Shown here one piece after another: positions 11,256 through 23,560 of a DNA stretch of 64,000 bases. Location of the stretch: contig MU062380.1 in NCBI GenBank assembly GCA_013265495.1, forward strand, positions 6,948,542-7,012,541, written 5' to 3'. The stretch comes from Vicugna vicugna. Taxonomy: Eukaryota. Position 1 is the stretch's first letter, and each line of letters opens with the position of its first letter. A program made the position numbers and the translations under genes. Below the pieces are notes generated by a model that was not told the origin of the DNA, did not search any database, and saw only the letters and a program-made list of their open reading frames with translations.

Positions 11256-14200
11256 TCAGACCGAGAGCATGAACTCAGCATATTTTCTATTTTTTTAAAT
11301 TTTCTGTCTGTTAGGGAGGGTTAGTAAGAAATTTGTAGGTTAGAGTAAAAGGGTCCTTGTGCATCTATCAAGGCAAGCAAGAATTTGAGAGCCGATAAAG
11401 AGACTGTATTTTACTCCACAGACAGACTGGAGGGGGCCTAGAAAATCATGGGATGGAGTGAATTTTGTCAGCTGCCAGTGAGAAACAGCTAAAATCCCTA
11501 AGGATGAACAGATAAATGGCTCCCATGGGAGCCCCAGGAAACATGCAGATGCCAAGCATTCTTAAATATGTTCTAGGGTGTCATATTAGACCTCTAATCA
11601 ATTGAACCTCCTATGATAATCTCAGAGTTAACTATTCCTGGGCAATCTGACAGGAGATCCTACTGAGGCAATAGATGTTCCACATCTGCTTTCCTTGTAC
11701 ATAGCTGGGTAATTAATGAGGCAAACGTGTCCCCTAATAAGTGTCCAAGGCAAGGAGAGCATTTATAGGTGTGTAGGTATGATGTCTGACATCAGCAAGG
11801 AACTCCAACACACCGAGGCTCTTGTTTTTATGTCTTAGGATGATTTGCATAGAAAAATGTGTCCAAAGGTAGGAGTGTGACTCCTGTAACTATACAAGAA
11901 AAAGTCCTGATGTGATGTACCTTTGGTGTGTGTGTGGAGGGACTGAAGGGAAGCTGTGTACTGGGGAAAGAAAGATGCTGAATGAGTCAGAGGGAAGTTT
12001 CGTAACTCAGTAACTTACAGTGTAATAACTCTGGAGGAAGATTTCCTTGCAAGAGGGATGGGAATAGGAGGAATACAAAACTTGCATTTTCTGCTGAGTC
12101 CTTGATACTTTGAAAAATGCACTGTTGACATTTTGAAACAATAGACAATAACTGAGCAAGAAGAGTGGGGGTAGGCACCAGGCAAAGAAGGAAGGAAAGG
12201 CTGCCTTCCCCACCCCCTGGTTTTTAAAGAAAATTTGTACCAAAAAATACTTTAAAAGTTCTGAAATCTAATCTCTCCATTTTACTTCATCTTTCTTAGC
12301 CAAGATTTCTATCTTTAAGGTGCTCAGAGCTTCAGAGATGAATACTGGCAGTTAGGGCTTGAATCCAGGAGGTTTTGGGTTTCCCCTAAGCCAGTTCACT
12401 TTTTCACTGTACTTCACCAGGATGTCCAGCTAAACCAGCATGGTACTACCTACATACCAAGTGCAATACAGGGAAAGTGGGAAATGGCTCAAGGAGTTGA
12501 TGTAGATGTAGAAGGTAGCAGGGTTGAAGACATTTAGAACTATGAGAAATCAGAGGTCAGGGTAAGGGCATGCTAACCCCCTCACACTCCATTGTGGCTT
12601 TTATTGTCCCAGGGGACATTGTTAGTTACAAACATCCTTTCATCCAAAGTTGCCCTTCTTCCCCCACCCCAGCAATACTTTCATGGATGATAGAATCTTT
12701 CTGCTATGCTAACCCAGCTCTGTTCAAAGCCACAGCCTTGAATATACTCAGAGGCATATCCAGCTGATGCAAACCCTGCTGGCCAAACAGTTTTTCCAGA
12801 CAGAGGGAGGAAGTCAAATACTGAGGAAGAGCAGGCAGGAATAGAGATGGTAACTGGGGTCTGCCAGTAAAGAGAGAGAGAATACTGCATGAGAAGCGAG
12901 AATGTGGAGAAATGGATTGCAGTCTTATAATTTCATTGGACTAACTGTGAGTCCTTGAAGCTCGATTACCTCTTATAAAATGAGGGGATTTGTCATGATA
13001 TCCTAATGGTGCCGATGGGATGTAATTAAGTCTATTCAAGAGATAATCCTTATCTTGATTAGGTAAATAGGACTTGATTAATTCCACTCTGATTAACCAC
13101 CACCTCTCAATATCTCCTAGAAGCATTTACCCGTTCTCCCAAGCAGTTCACCATTTTCTCCCCTCAGAAATGAGAAATGCCCCAGTATCCCTCACGATAG
13201 AGATCAAGCCAAGACCCAAATGCTCTAAAACATAAAACACTTCTACAGATGGTTGTGGTTTGCCTTGCAAGTGGGATGGCATTGGTGGGGACAGGATGAT
13301 GAGGGGAAAGGGAGGGGGAGGTATAAAGGAGAGGTTCCTTTAAAACATCAAAAAGACTTTATAGATCTTTTCTGCCCTTTCATAAAGACTTCAGCTGGCA
13401 GCCAGATTTCCTTAATGGTCTGCTAGAAAGGCCCACCCTGGCCTGACAGAGCCAGACACACATTCTCCAGCTTTGCTTTGCTTCTTTGATGCTGTCACAT
13501 GTTCTTCATTTTCTACGTTTCATTCATTCTTTGCCTTTAAGCTATAAGGATAAAAGTTCCTGGCATTAAAAAAAATCAGCTTACATTTTTTAAAGGGGTA
13601 GACATTTCGTGCAGTCTTTGATTTCCTTCTGGGAGAAAATCATTGCTTTTCTTTAAAGGAGAAACGAGAGAGATTTTTCTGCTTCCTTTTCTCCTTTCTC
13701 ACCCTTCATCACAACTCTTCCATTTTCAGGCGCTAAGAAATAAGATTTGGGTGTAGTGCAAGAATGGGCTGGAGAAATGATTGTTCCTAGAAAGGACTAA
13801 TGCCGCTACAGTGAATCAGAAAGTTCGAACATTCATTTACTGCTAAGCAATGACAAAAGATAATTAGACTGTTTTAAAGCACTGCCCTATGTTCAACATC
13901 TGTTAAACACTGATTGAGATAGCTGTTTTTAAAACCAGGGGGTGCTGAGGAGGAAAGATAACCAATAATGTATGATGCCTATAGTCTTTGGAATCTGAAA
14001 GGTCACAGAGAGAGGTCTGAAGAGTCGTGTATGAAGGAAGGTAAACAGAAACAGAGTAGAAACCCTCTATAGTACAAAGGAAACAGCAATACAAGAGAAT
14101 CCCTGTGCTTGAAAATACTCAAATAATAAAATATGACACACACACTAGGTTTTCTCTCCAAAATAATAAGCGTGACTTTAAAATATGGAGGGACACAGAG

Positions 14201-15289
14201 AATCTATAAAAGAAGGATGAGTAACAATGCTAAGGGGTAAGAGTTGGCCAGATATGGAGTGTCTAAATACACACATTGGGGAAAAATAGGAAATGATAAG
14301 ATAGGATAAAGGACTACTTCTACAACAGGTGTTTAGAACTCACATGGAAAAGAAATGTCTGGAGATGATCCTTAGATTTGTATAAGAACTGATGCTGGAG
14401 ATATATGTGTAATGTGTGAAAACAAAACAGAACAAACACACACACACTTCTAAAGGAAGAGGAGAAAAACAAAGAAATCTCTCACCCCGATATTAAAACT
14501 CTAGGAGAGGAAACTGCCAAAATCCAGGAATTGAAAAAAAAATTAAATAGAAGATCTGCAAAGTTAGATAAACTACAAGAAACCCAAAAATATTTAAAAT
14601 ACCTCATTGGAAATTCAGGATAGATGGTTTTTGAGTATCAAAAGACCAAGAGCTGGTGAAGGGAAAAAAAACTGTCTGAATAACGAGCCAAGTGAAAAGA
14701 GTGTTTTGTTAGAAGGAAAGACAACAAAAACAGCAAAACATCTTTGAGAGGGAGAAAAACAATTAGAAGAACTAGACAATCAACAAACTAGAGCAAGCAC
14801 CAAACGTTCAGGAAATCAACGTTAGGAGGATCCCATGAGAGATACTCAAAATATAATAGTAAAAATGTCTTTTAGTCAGATGGCCTAGTCCTTGTTAGAC
14901 ACCTGCCTGGGGCTCAACTAGACCTATACTCCAAGACACAGACTTTTTTAGGGAACCTGAAGTATCATTTGAAGATCAGTGTAAGAACAGTGGAATTAGG
15001 AGGAAAAAAAGGAAAATCAGAAAAGCTGATTGAAATATTGGTTTCCTTTATTCATAAAACAGGTCAATAAATCTCTGAGCAGCACTAGTGTTCCATTTAG
15101 AGTAATAAATAAAATAATGGCAACATCACTGGCTATCTTACTTCCATATTGGTCTTACTGGTGCCATGAAAATGAAAAGACTCAAATGTTTAAAAATCCT
15201 CCTTTGTTGGGGGAAAGGTAGTACAGCTTCTACAAATGGAAATAATTTATAGCAAAACCACTAGGATTTCTCTAACTTACCACATAAAA

Positions 15290-16090
15290 AATCTTTGAAA
15301 ATTCACACTGGAAAAATATTTTGTCCCTTTGATATGGACCAGGATCCTACTTGAAAATAGGGAATGAAACATAAGGATAACATAAAAAATTGGCTCAATA
15401 CAAATTTATACACATTATACTTTTTGTGAAAAATCCAAAAGAGGGAATAATTAGTAAATTCTCCCAAATAGTGAGTGCCAGCCTTTCCAGGGCTGTGAAA
15501 TGCCACCTCAAAGGGAATAAACTGAAAGAAGCTCTCAAGAGAAGCTGTGATTGGTCAGTGAAGGGACAGGTGAGACCCCATATAGGCAAGTGTAAGGGGT
15601 CAACAAAAGTATAACAGGGCATCTGGAAGCCATTATATGGTATTTTCTACTGATACTGTCTGAATTTGATTTCAGTAAAATGATCCAAATTTGGGTGACA
15701 TCAGATGGGAATTCAAAACTAAACACAACATAACACTGCTGTTGTTCAGCTGAACTGCATGTGACAAAGTAGAGCCACAGAAAGTGGAGAGTAAATAATT
15801 TAAAGGACCAAAGGGATGGGATTCCACCCTGGAAAGAGTGGGTCTTAGAGGAGAGCTTATCGAGTCAAACCATGAAAGTGCTTAGTGAGGACAGCACTTG
15901 TTAACACAGCATGATATTCTGGCATTATGGGACATTCCCAGAAAATTGAGAAAAGTTATTTGGGCGACAAATGAAAAGATGCTCCACCTTGGTAGAATTT
16001 TAAATTCGTAGAACTTTTCAGTCTAGAAGTGGTAGATCCTAAACAAGTGAATAGTATAAAAAGGATATTTATGTATTCAAGAATGATAGT
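15290..16090 (+). mobile_element. CR1/L3-type LINE fossil (RT C-terminal region and ORF2 end)
   Basis: Translated remnants: NIKNWL; KEGIISKF; LKEALKRSCDWSVKGQVRPHIGKCK (CR1 LQxDLxxLxxWxxxWQMxFNxxKCK); LRGELIE at 15844-15864 (RLRGDLIE); GHSQK; EVVDPKQVNSIK. Confidence 0.8.
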
Positions 16091-16944
16091 TCCAAATGGA
16101 TTTTAGGGGGAAGAGGAAAATTTAAATGTTCAGACTTTACTGTGAGGTTGTAAACCATGCCCTCTCACATTCTATTCTTTGGTACCTCTGTCAACTGAAA
16201 AATATTTTCTACTGGCACAGGATTTCACTTTCGTTGTTGCAGGGCTTGAATTGGCAAAGGTGTAGGGGAAACTTATCAAGAGGTCAGATCACCAACACTA
16301 TGAAGCTTCAAATATACACTTTGTGGAAGTGATAAGGACTCATTAACAAGTAAGAATATTTTATGTTCTTCTTCCTGTCCTATGGCAGCCCCTTCTTCAA
16401 TCTCCAGCCTTTAAATTATGCTATAAATTACTAAATTAGACAATAATATTGGACACCTCCCTAGCTTTTTAGTGGCAAGGTGGTGGTGGTGTTTCAAGGA
16501 ATGTGGAAGGCTAACAGAAAAAGGGCTTGGGAACCAAAATTACTTAGCTTAACTTTGCAAGAAATATGTAGTCCATACCCCCTCCCTCTTTCTTACACAC
16601 ATGCGCACACACACTCCCACCCACATCCTTTACTTCTCCCCTCTCGTCTAACATACAGATCTATATTTTCAAATGTTTCTGAATACCACACATTTACATC
16701 TATGTGGATGCCCCAGCAGGTACCTGCAACAGGTTCTTCAAACCTCCCACCAAAAAAGAAACTGTCACCCCAGATTTCATATTTTAAAGGTACCTCCAAA
16801 TCCCAGTAACCCCAGCTCTAAACATCTGTTCTATTTTTGACATCTCCTTTTTCCTATTTCCCCATATCCAATTTAGTTACCTGGTCATATTGATTCTATC
16901 ATCTTGTCACCACCCTTTACTTCTCTTTTCCTCTGTCCCTCTAA

Positions 16945-17180
16945 GGTTTAGTGTAACGTGGTGATCAACACTGCAAGCTCTAAAGTTGACTGGTTGCATA
17001 TCCTTGGCTTTTATATCCCTGTCTTTCTACTAACTGCATCTATGATCGTGGACAAGCTGCCTCACTGTGCTTCAGTTTTCTCATCTGTGAACTAGACATA
17101 TAGTAAACCATACCACAGGGTTGTGTTCAAGTTTAAATTAGTTGGCCCATGCAATGCTCAATAAATTCAGTTGTAATTAT
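16945..17180 (+). mobile_element. MIR SINE
   Basis: ctgtgcttcagttttctcatctgtgaa core, then cagggttgtg and a ctcaataaat end. Confidence 0.8.
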
Positions 17181-17679
17181 AGAAATGTTAATGATGGTGA
17201 AGATGTTGATTTCAGAGCCTTGTCATCTTTCACAGTCTTCTAATGGGTCCCCCAGATTCCACAGTCTATTCTCTCACGTTTAGCCTTCATGCTTCTTTCA
17301 GAGTTGGCATCCTACAGGCACATCTGATGTTTTCCCTCCTGCTCAAAGCCTTGTGGCTTACAAAATGGCTCCTATTCCCATTAATATGGTATTTAAGGTC
17401 CTCTTCTATTAGGATCCCATCAACCCAGTATCCTATACTATACTTTCTTTCTGCTTACATGTCCATTTCCTTTCCCATCCCAGTGACCTACTTATTCTTT
17501 CCCAAATGTGTCCTAGATTTTAATATCTCTTTTTTTCTTTTCTGTTATTATTATCAGGGATACTTTTCCATCTAATCTTTGTCTATTGTAATTCTTTTCA
17601 GATCTTCTGGTCAGAAATATTGTCTATTCACTAAAATCTAAAGATTGTCCCAATATTAATACTGAAATCCGCAACTATC

Positions 17680-17855
17680 ATTTATTAATTGAATGCTAAC
17701 AGTGTACCAGGAACTCTATCTTACAAAGTAATAACTATCATTAATACAATTTTAGAGATAAGGGAACATATGCTCTATAGTGCAGAGTAACTTGTTCAAA
17801 ATCACTCAACCAAAAAGTTGGGGAGACTCAGTTTTATGTGAGTCCAGAGCCCACA
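17680..17855 (-). mobile_element. MIR SINE
   Basis: attttagagataagggaac...agagtaacttgttcaaaatcac...gagtccagagccc resembles reverse MIR. Confidence 0.65.
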
Positions 17856-18849
17856 TATGCCCTCACTAACACATTACACTGCCCTGACCCCTTTGCATGT
17901 ATTAATTTCCCATTCAAAACTCTTCTCTATTACCCTAAATTAAAATCTTCCCAAGGTCAGTGTCTTACCTGTACCTATGTTGTAACACTCCATGTTGTGC
18001 CTTCTGCACAAGAAGCATGTGATCATGATGAAGTGAATTGACTTTCCCTGGTCAAGTCAAAAGTGGGCATGGCTGTGCTGGAAGTGTAGGAAGCAACTAT
18101 ATTGTGTTTTTTCAGTCTTAAACTCAGGGGCCTCCTTAAAGAGGGAATCCACTTATGAGTTTACTTTTACCCCCACTGACTCAATCATTCTTACCCTAGA
18201 AGTCACATATACATAGTCCCCAACTTCAAAATAATCAAAATTAACAGCACACATTTACCTTAGTCTAAAGTCCAGTTCTGGGGTCAAATATGGAAACTCA
18301 AGGGAGATACTGATCAAAAGAAGTGTTATATTTTATATGCTTATAAACATTCAGAGACCAACAATTAGATTTATGATTGATAGTACCTATGGACCCAACC
18401 CCATCCTGTGCTGTCTACTTGTAGATCTCTCTCAGCAAATCCGCAAAAGTCATTGTGATAGTAAGGGCTGAGCCTTTCCTTTGTATTACCAATGTAGAGC
18501 ACAGTGCCTGGTATATAAGAAAAACTCAAGTAATATATTTTATGTTTTATAATTAGAATATGTAAAAATACACACTGCCAGGTTCAATGCCCCCTCCCAG
18601 AACTCTAATGTGGGGGCTCAGACACCTCTATTAGCAAACAAACAAATAGCAACAACAAAACCCCAGGGGACACTTCAGTGCCTTTTATCCTCATTTTGTT
18701 TAAAATTGAGATCAGGCAAGATTTGCTTCAGGTGATTTTCTTGTTTTCTCTAACTTTTCTCCTACTTCTTCACACACACAAACACACCTATGCTGAAGAA
18801 TCTGGTGCCGTCCCTAGGCATTTCCATAGCATTTTGTCATAGCACTTAA

Positions 18850-19147
18850 TTTTTTATTTTATTTAATTTTATATATTTATTTATTGAAGTACAGTCAGTT
18901 ACAGTGTGTCAATTTCTAGTGCACAGCAGAATGTCCCAGTCATGCATATACATACATATATTTGTTTTCACGTTCTTTTTCATTTAAGGTTATTGTAAAA
19001 TATTGAATATAGTTCCCTGTGCTATACAGAAGAAACTTGTTTTTTATCTATTTTTATATATAGTGGCTAACATTTTCAAATCTCAAACTTCCAAATCTAT
19101 CCCTTCTGACCCCCTTTCCCCCAGTAACCATAAGACTGTTTACTATG
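18850..19147 (-). mobile_element. 5'-truncated LINE-1 with 13-15 bp TSD
   Basis: tgtcatagcacttaa at 18835-18849 and 19148-19162; L1 3' UTR ttattgaagtacagtcagttacag. Confidence 0.95.
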
Positions 19148-19304
19148 TGTCATAGCACTTAAGATACTTTACTCGAATTGCTTATTTTCACTGGCAGGCT
19201 CTTCCGTTAGACTGCCGAGTCCATGTGGGCAGAGACCATTTCCTTCTTCTTCACTGTCTTATCTCTGTTGCCCTGTAAAATGTCTAACATATATGAAGCC
19301 TTTT

Positions 19305-19702
19305 CTTTCTTTTTTTCTTAAAAAGTTTTTTTTGCTTTTTTTAAATTGGAGCATAGTCAGTTACATTATGTCAATTTCTGGTGCACAGCATAATGTCCCA
19401 ATCATGCATATATATGCATATATTTGTTTTCATGTTCTTTTTCATTAAAGGTTATTAAAAGATATTGAATATAGTTCCCTGTACTATATAGAAGAAATTT
19501 TATCTATTTTTATGTAGAGAGGTTATCATTTGCAAATCTCAGACACCAAAATTTATCCCTTCCCACTCCACAAAAGATTGTTTACTATGTCTACAAGTCT
19601 GTGTCTGTTTTGTAGATGAGTGTCCTCTTTTTCCTTTTTTCTTTTTTTTCTGATTACACATATAAGTGATATCATATGGTATTTTTCTTTCTCCTTCTCA
19701 CT
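19305..19702 (-). mobile_element. 5'-truncated LINE-1 with 15-bp TSD (1 mismatch)
   Basis: tatatgaagcctttt (19290-19304) vs tatatgaagtctttt (19703-19717); same L1 3' UTR family. Confidence 0.92.
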
Positions 19703-20069
19703 TATATGAAGTCTTTTAAATAGAATGTTTTAATGAACAAATAAATGAGGCAATTAATTCCTAGAAGGTGGTATCTATTTTCCTGCAGAAAATATATTTT
19801 ATGAAAAAAACTTAAGGAATAACTGAAGTATAGCTCATGGCACTGGTGTTTGGCAACATCACTGGCTACAGAGGTTTCATTGAATGTTCTTGGAGTTGAC
19901 TAGTGTCTACCAGGTTATTTCCATGGGAAAAATAAATTTCAAATAAAACACATTTGGGTCCTACCTATGCAGAGCAGGATGGCAATTCTCACTGAAGCTG
20001 AAACACATGTTCTACTCATTTTTAATAAAATTTATAACATATTTCATTTTTTCCCATGACTATTCCACA

Positions 20070-20200
20070 ACAATGGTTCCTAAATACAATCATTGCCTAG
20101 ACTAAAACACAGACACCTGGGGGAACTTTACACAAATATAGATCCCTAGGTCCCACACAAGGAGATTTTCATTTGGGAAGTCTGTGGTAGGATCTGTAAA
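20070..20200. mobile_element. MER5-like MITE fragment
   Basis: caatggttcctaaa...cacctgggggaactt...agatccctaggtcccac. Confidence 0.5.
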
Positions 20201-21253
20201 TCTAAGTGTTTTTTCTTTCCAGTTTTATTGAGATACAATTGACTTACAGCACTGTATTAGCTTAAGGTGTACAGCATAATGATTTGACTTACATACAACA
20301 TGAAATGATTACTACAATGATTGTAGTAAGCATCCATCACCTTATATAGATAGAAAATAAAAGAAAAAATTTAAAAGTATTTTCCCTTGTGATGAAAACT
20401 CTTAGGATTTACTCTTTTAACAACTTTGATATGTAATATGCAGCAGTGTTAATTATACTAATCATGTTGTGCAATACATTCTTTTATGTACCTTATAACT
20501 GGAAGTTTGTACCTTTTGACTACCTTCATCCAATTCTTCCTCATCCCACTCCCTGGCTCTGGTACCACAAATCTGATCTTTTTTTCGTTTGAGTTTGTTT
20601 GTTTTTTGTAGCATAATTGACCTACAATACTATGTTGGTTCCTGGCACACAACATAGTGATTCGATATTTCTATACACTACAAAATGATCATCACGATAA
20701 GTCTAGTTACCATCTGTCACCGTACTGCATACAGACATACTGCATTATTATTGACTACATTCCCCATGCATTACATTTCATCCTTGTGACTCACTGAAGT
20801 TTTTCCTCTTGGTTTTCCTCATCTATTTCGCTTATTACCCCATCCTCCTCCCTTCTGGCAACTATCTGTTCTCTGCATCTATGACTAATTTTCTATTTTG
20901 TATTGTTTGCTCATTTGTTGTTTTTTTTTAATATTCTACAGATAAGTGAAATCATACAGTATTAGTCTTTGTCTGCCTGATTTATTTCACTTAGCATAAT
21001 GCCCTCCAAGTCTATGCATGTTGCTGCAAATGGCAACATTTCATTATTTTTTGGTTGAGTAATATTCCATTGTATATACATACATATATACATACCACAT
21101 CTTCTTTATCTATTCATTTATCCATGAGCACTGAGGTTGCTTCTTTATCATGGCTCTAGTGAATAATGCTGCAGTGAATGCAAGGGTGCATATATCTTTT
21201 TGAATTGGTTTTTGTTTGATTTGTGTCTTTGTTTTCTTTGGAAAAACACCCAG

Positions 21254-21418
21254 NNNNNNNNNNNNNNNNNNNNNNNNNNNNNNNNNNNNNNNNNNNNNNN
21301 NNNNNNNNNNNNNNNNNNNNNNNNNNNNNNNNNNNNNNNNNNNNNNNNNNNNNNNNNNNNNNNNNNNNNNNNNNNNNNNNNNNNNNNNNNNNNNNNNNNN
21401 NNNNNNNNNNNNNNNNNN
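21254..21418. other. N-run, 165 bp
   Basis: Seen directly. Confidence 1.
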
Positions 21419-21507
21419 GATAGCCATTCTGACGGGTGTGAAGTGGTATTTCACTGTGGTATTGATTGGCATGTCCCTGATGATGAGTGATACTGAGTAT
21501 CTGTTGG

Positions 21508-21691
21508 NNNNNNNNNNNNNNNNNNNNNNNNNNNNNNNNNNNNNNNNNNNNNNNNNNNNNNNNNNNNNNNNNNNNNNNNNNNNNNNNNNNNNNNNNNNNN
21601 NNNNNNNNNNNNNNNNNNNNNNNNNNNNNNNNNNNNNNNNNNNNNNNNNNNNNNNNNNNNNNNNNNNNNNNNNNNNNNNNNNNNNNNNNNN
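21508..21691. other. N-run, 184 bp
   Basis: Seen directly. Confidence 1.
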
Positions 21692-23379
21692 TTGTTGATA
21701 GTTTTCCTTTGCTGTGCAAAAGCTCTTTAGTTTTATATAGTCCCATTTGTTTATTTTTGCTTTTGTTTCCCTTGCCTGCGGAGACATAGCCAAAAAAATA
21801 ATGCTAAGACCAATGTCAAAGTGTGTATTGCATATGTTTTCTTCTAGACGTTTTATAGTTTCAGGTCTTTCATTTAAGTCTTTAATCAATTTTGACATTT
21901 TTTTAATATGGTGTGAGAAAATCTAGTTTGATTCTTTTGCATACACCCGTGTGGTTTTCCCAACATCATTTATTGAAGAGGCTATCTTTCCCCTGTTTTA
22001 TATTCTTACCTTCTTAGGAAAGCAGATACATAGGCAGGAAATCACAGTCTTGGTTCACAATGGCTATGACTTCTGGAGTCTGGTGTATGAACAACAATGG
22101 CTATCTGCCTCAGCATATTGTGATGAGTAGTAAAAACAATTTGTCTGAAAATTCTCTGTGAAAGTAAGAGGGGAATACAAATGCCAAGCATTTAGGAGTA
22201 TGCTAATGTCTTCACTTTGCATCAGTTATACTGATGTCATCATTATGCAATACTATTTGCAAGGGGTTTTGATTCTGTGAATGATGGGCATGCTTAGGGA
22301 ACTGAGGAGGTGCATGTGGTATGTTGCAAGTCATTACAGACGTAAACTTTCTATGTGGACATTAAATCATATATTTTAACAACAATTGTGCCAGTTCAAA
22401 ACTCATTACCAGTGTCCCTTGCATGAACTTTTACATTTGAGGCTGACAACTGATGAACTATGTGTTGAATAGCACCTTTCACTTTGGGTTGGAAATCTGT
22501 CCTTTGTAACTACTTTAGCACAGCTCTAGTGAAAGCAGAAACCAAAGAAGGTTAAAAATAATGATTCAAATAAGGGTGCTTGAGTTATTGGGCAGTGTTC
22601 TAATTTTTACTGATAAGTTATAACTGAATGAAGTAGACTAACTAGGAAACATCTACATAAATGTCAGACAAAAAGTTTAAATAATTATTTGGAGTACAAA
22701 ACACCGTGAAATGTGTCAGCAGCAACCATTTGCTGTCTTTTGTTTGAGAAAATCTCTCAATATTCTACAAATCGTACTGATAGAATCCCTTCACCCATCT
22801 TTAGGATACAGCCACCTTTGGGGTAAAGAGTGAATAATTAATAAACTTTTGATGTAAAGAGTAAAAACAGCACGTTGACACATTATTCTCTCTCAGGTCT
22901 TTAAAGGGATTTATAATAATAGTGATCATTATAGTTACGCATTTTATTATGCTGGTTGCTTTGCCCTACGTTTATACCAGAGCATAATTCAGTAACAAAA
23001 ACATGATAACTTTTATAGGTACCAAAAGAATTAGCCCATAAAACTATTGGTCATCAAATCCCATCCTTTTTCGTTATTATTTACTTCTTCTCCTTTACTT
23101 CCTCAACCATGACGATGAGTAACTTATTACATCCTAAGGGGATTTTGTGACTATTTGTTTGCTGTACTAGCTGAAAGCAATCTCAAGTTACACCACCCAT
23201 GTTAATTGCCCTCCCAGAAGTCTTCTCTATGGAACAGCTCTTTTCTTAGCAAGGTAGATATTGAACTAGTTTAGCACCATATCTAATTGTTTAACTTCTA
23301 AGAGAAGTATGAAAATACAAAACATCTGGGACAAGTAATCTAAATATCCAAATCTTTGTATCTTCAAGTTTGGTAATTA

Positions 23380-23560
23380 GCTCACATAGCATCTTGTTTG
23401 TTGCCTGTCTTTCCCTTACTGTAGTTGTAATCTTGTGTTCATTTAAGCAGTTATTTGTTTTATGTCTGGCTTCTACTCCAAGTGAGTTCCAAGTTCCTCA
23501 AGGGCAGGGACCATGTCCATCTAATCCAGGGACATGTCCTCCAGAAAAGCATGGTACCCA
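23380..23560 (+). mobile_element. L2 3' end fragment
   Basis: aagttcctcaagggcagggaccatgtc is a diagnostic L2 3' motif. Confidence 0.7.

Larger units (their letters stand above)
18800..19750 (+). mobile_element. L2 3' end carrying two nested L1 insertions
   Basis: With both L1s removed it reads catagcactt...ttagactgccgagtccatgtgggcagagacc...ttcactgtc...aatgaacaaataaatga, an L2 terminus. Confidence 0.75.
21110..21898 (-). pseudogene. LINE-1 ORF2p C-terminal remnant (frameshifted, partly N)
   Basis: [48 protein letters not shown] and DICTLAFTAALFT match the L1 ORF2p C-terminus. Confidence 0.92.
20209..22012 (-). mobile_element. Older 5'-truncated LINE-1 (L1MA9/L1_Art-like), 3' UTR plus end of ORF2
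   Basis: Poly-T 3' end, L1MA-type 3' UTR and ORF2 peptides; two N-runs inside; no TSD recognised. Confidence 0.92.

Noticed and set aside
14100-14900. A-rich stretch resembling L1 ORF1/HAL1
   Set aside because: Too degraded to call from memory; no diagnostic motif
21156-21789. Several long ORFs around 21.2-21.8 kb other than the L1 ORF2 frame, and similar ones at 36490-36850
   Set aside because: Artefacts of N-runs read as open codons
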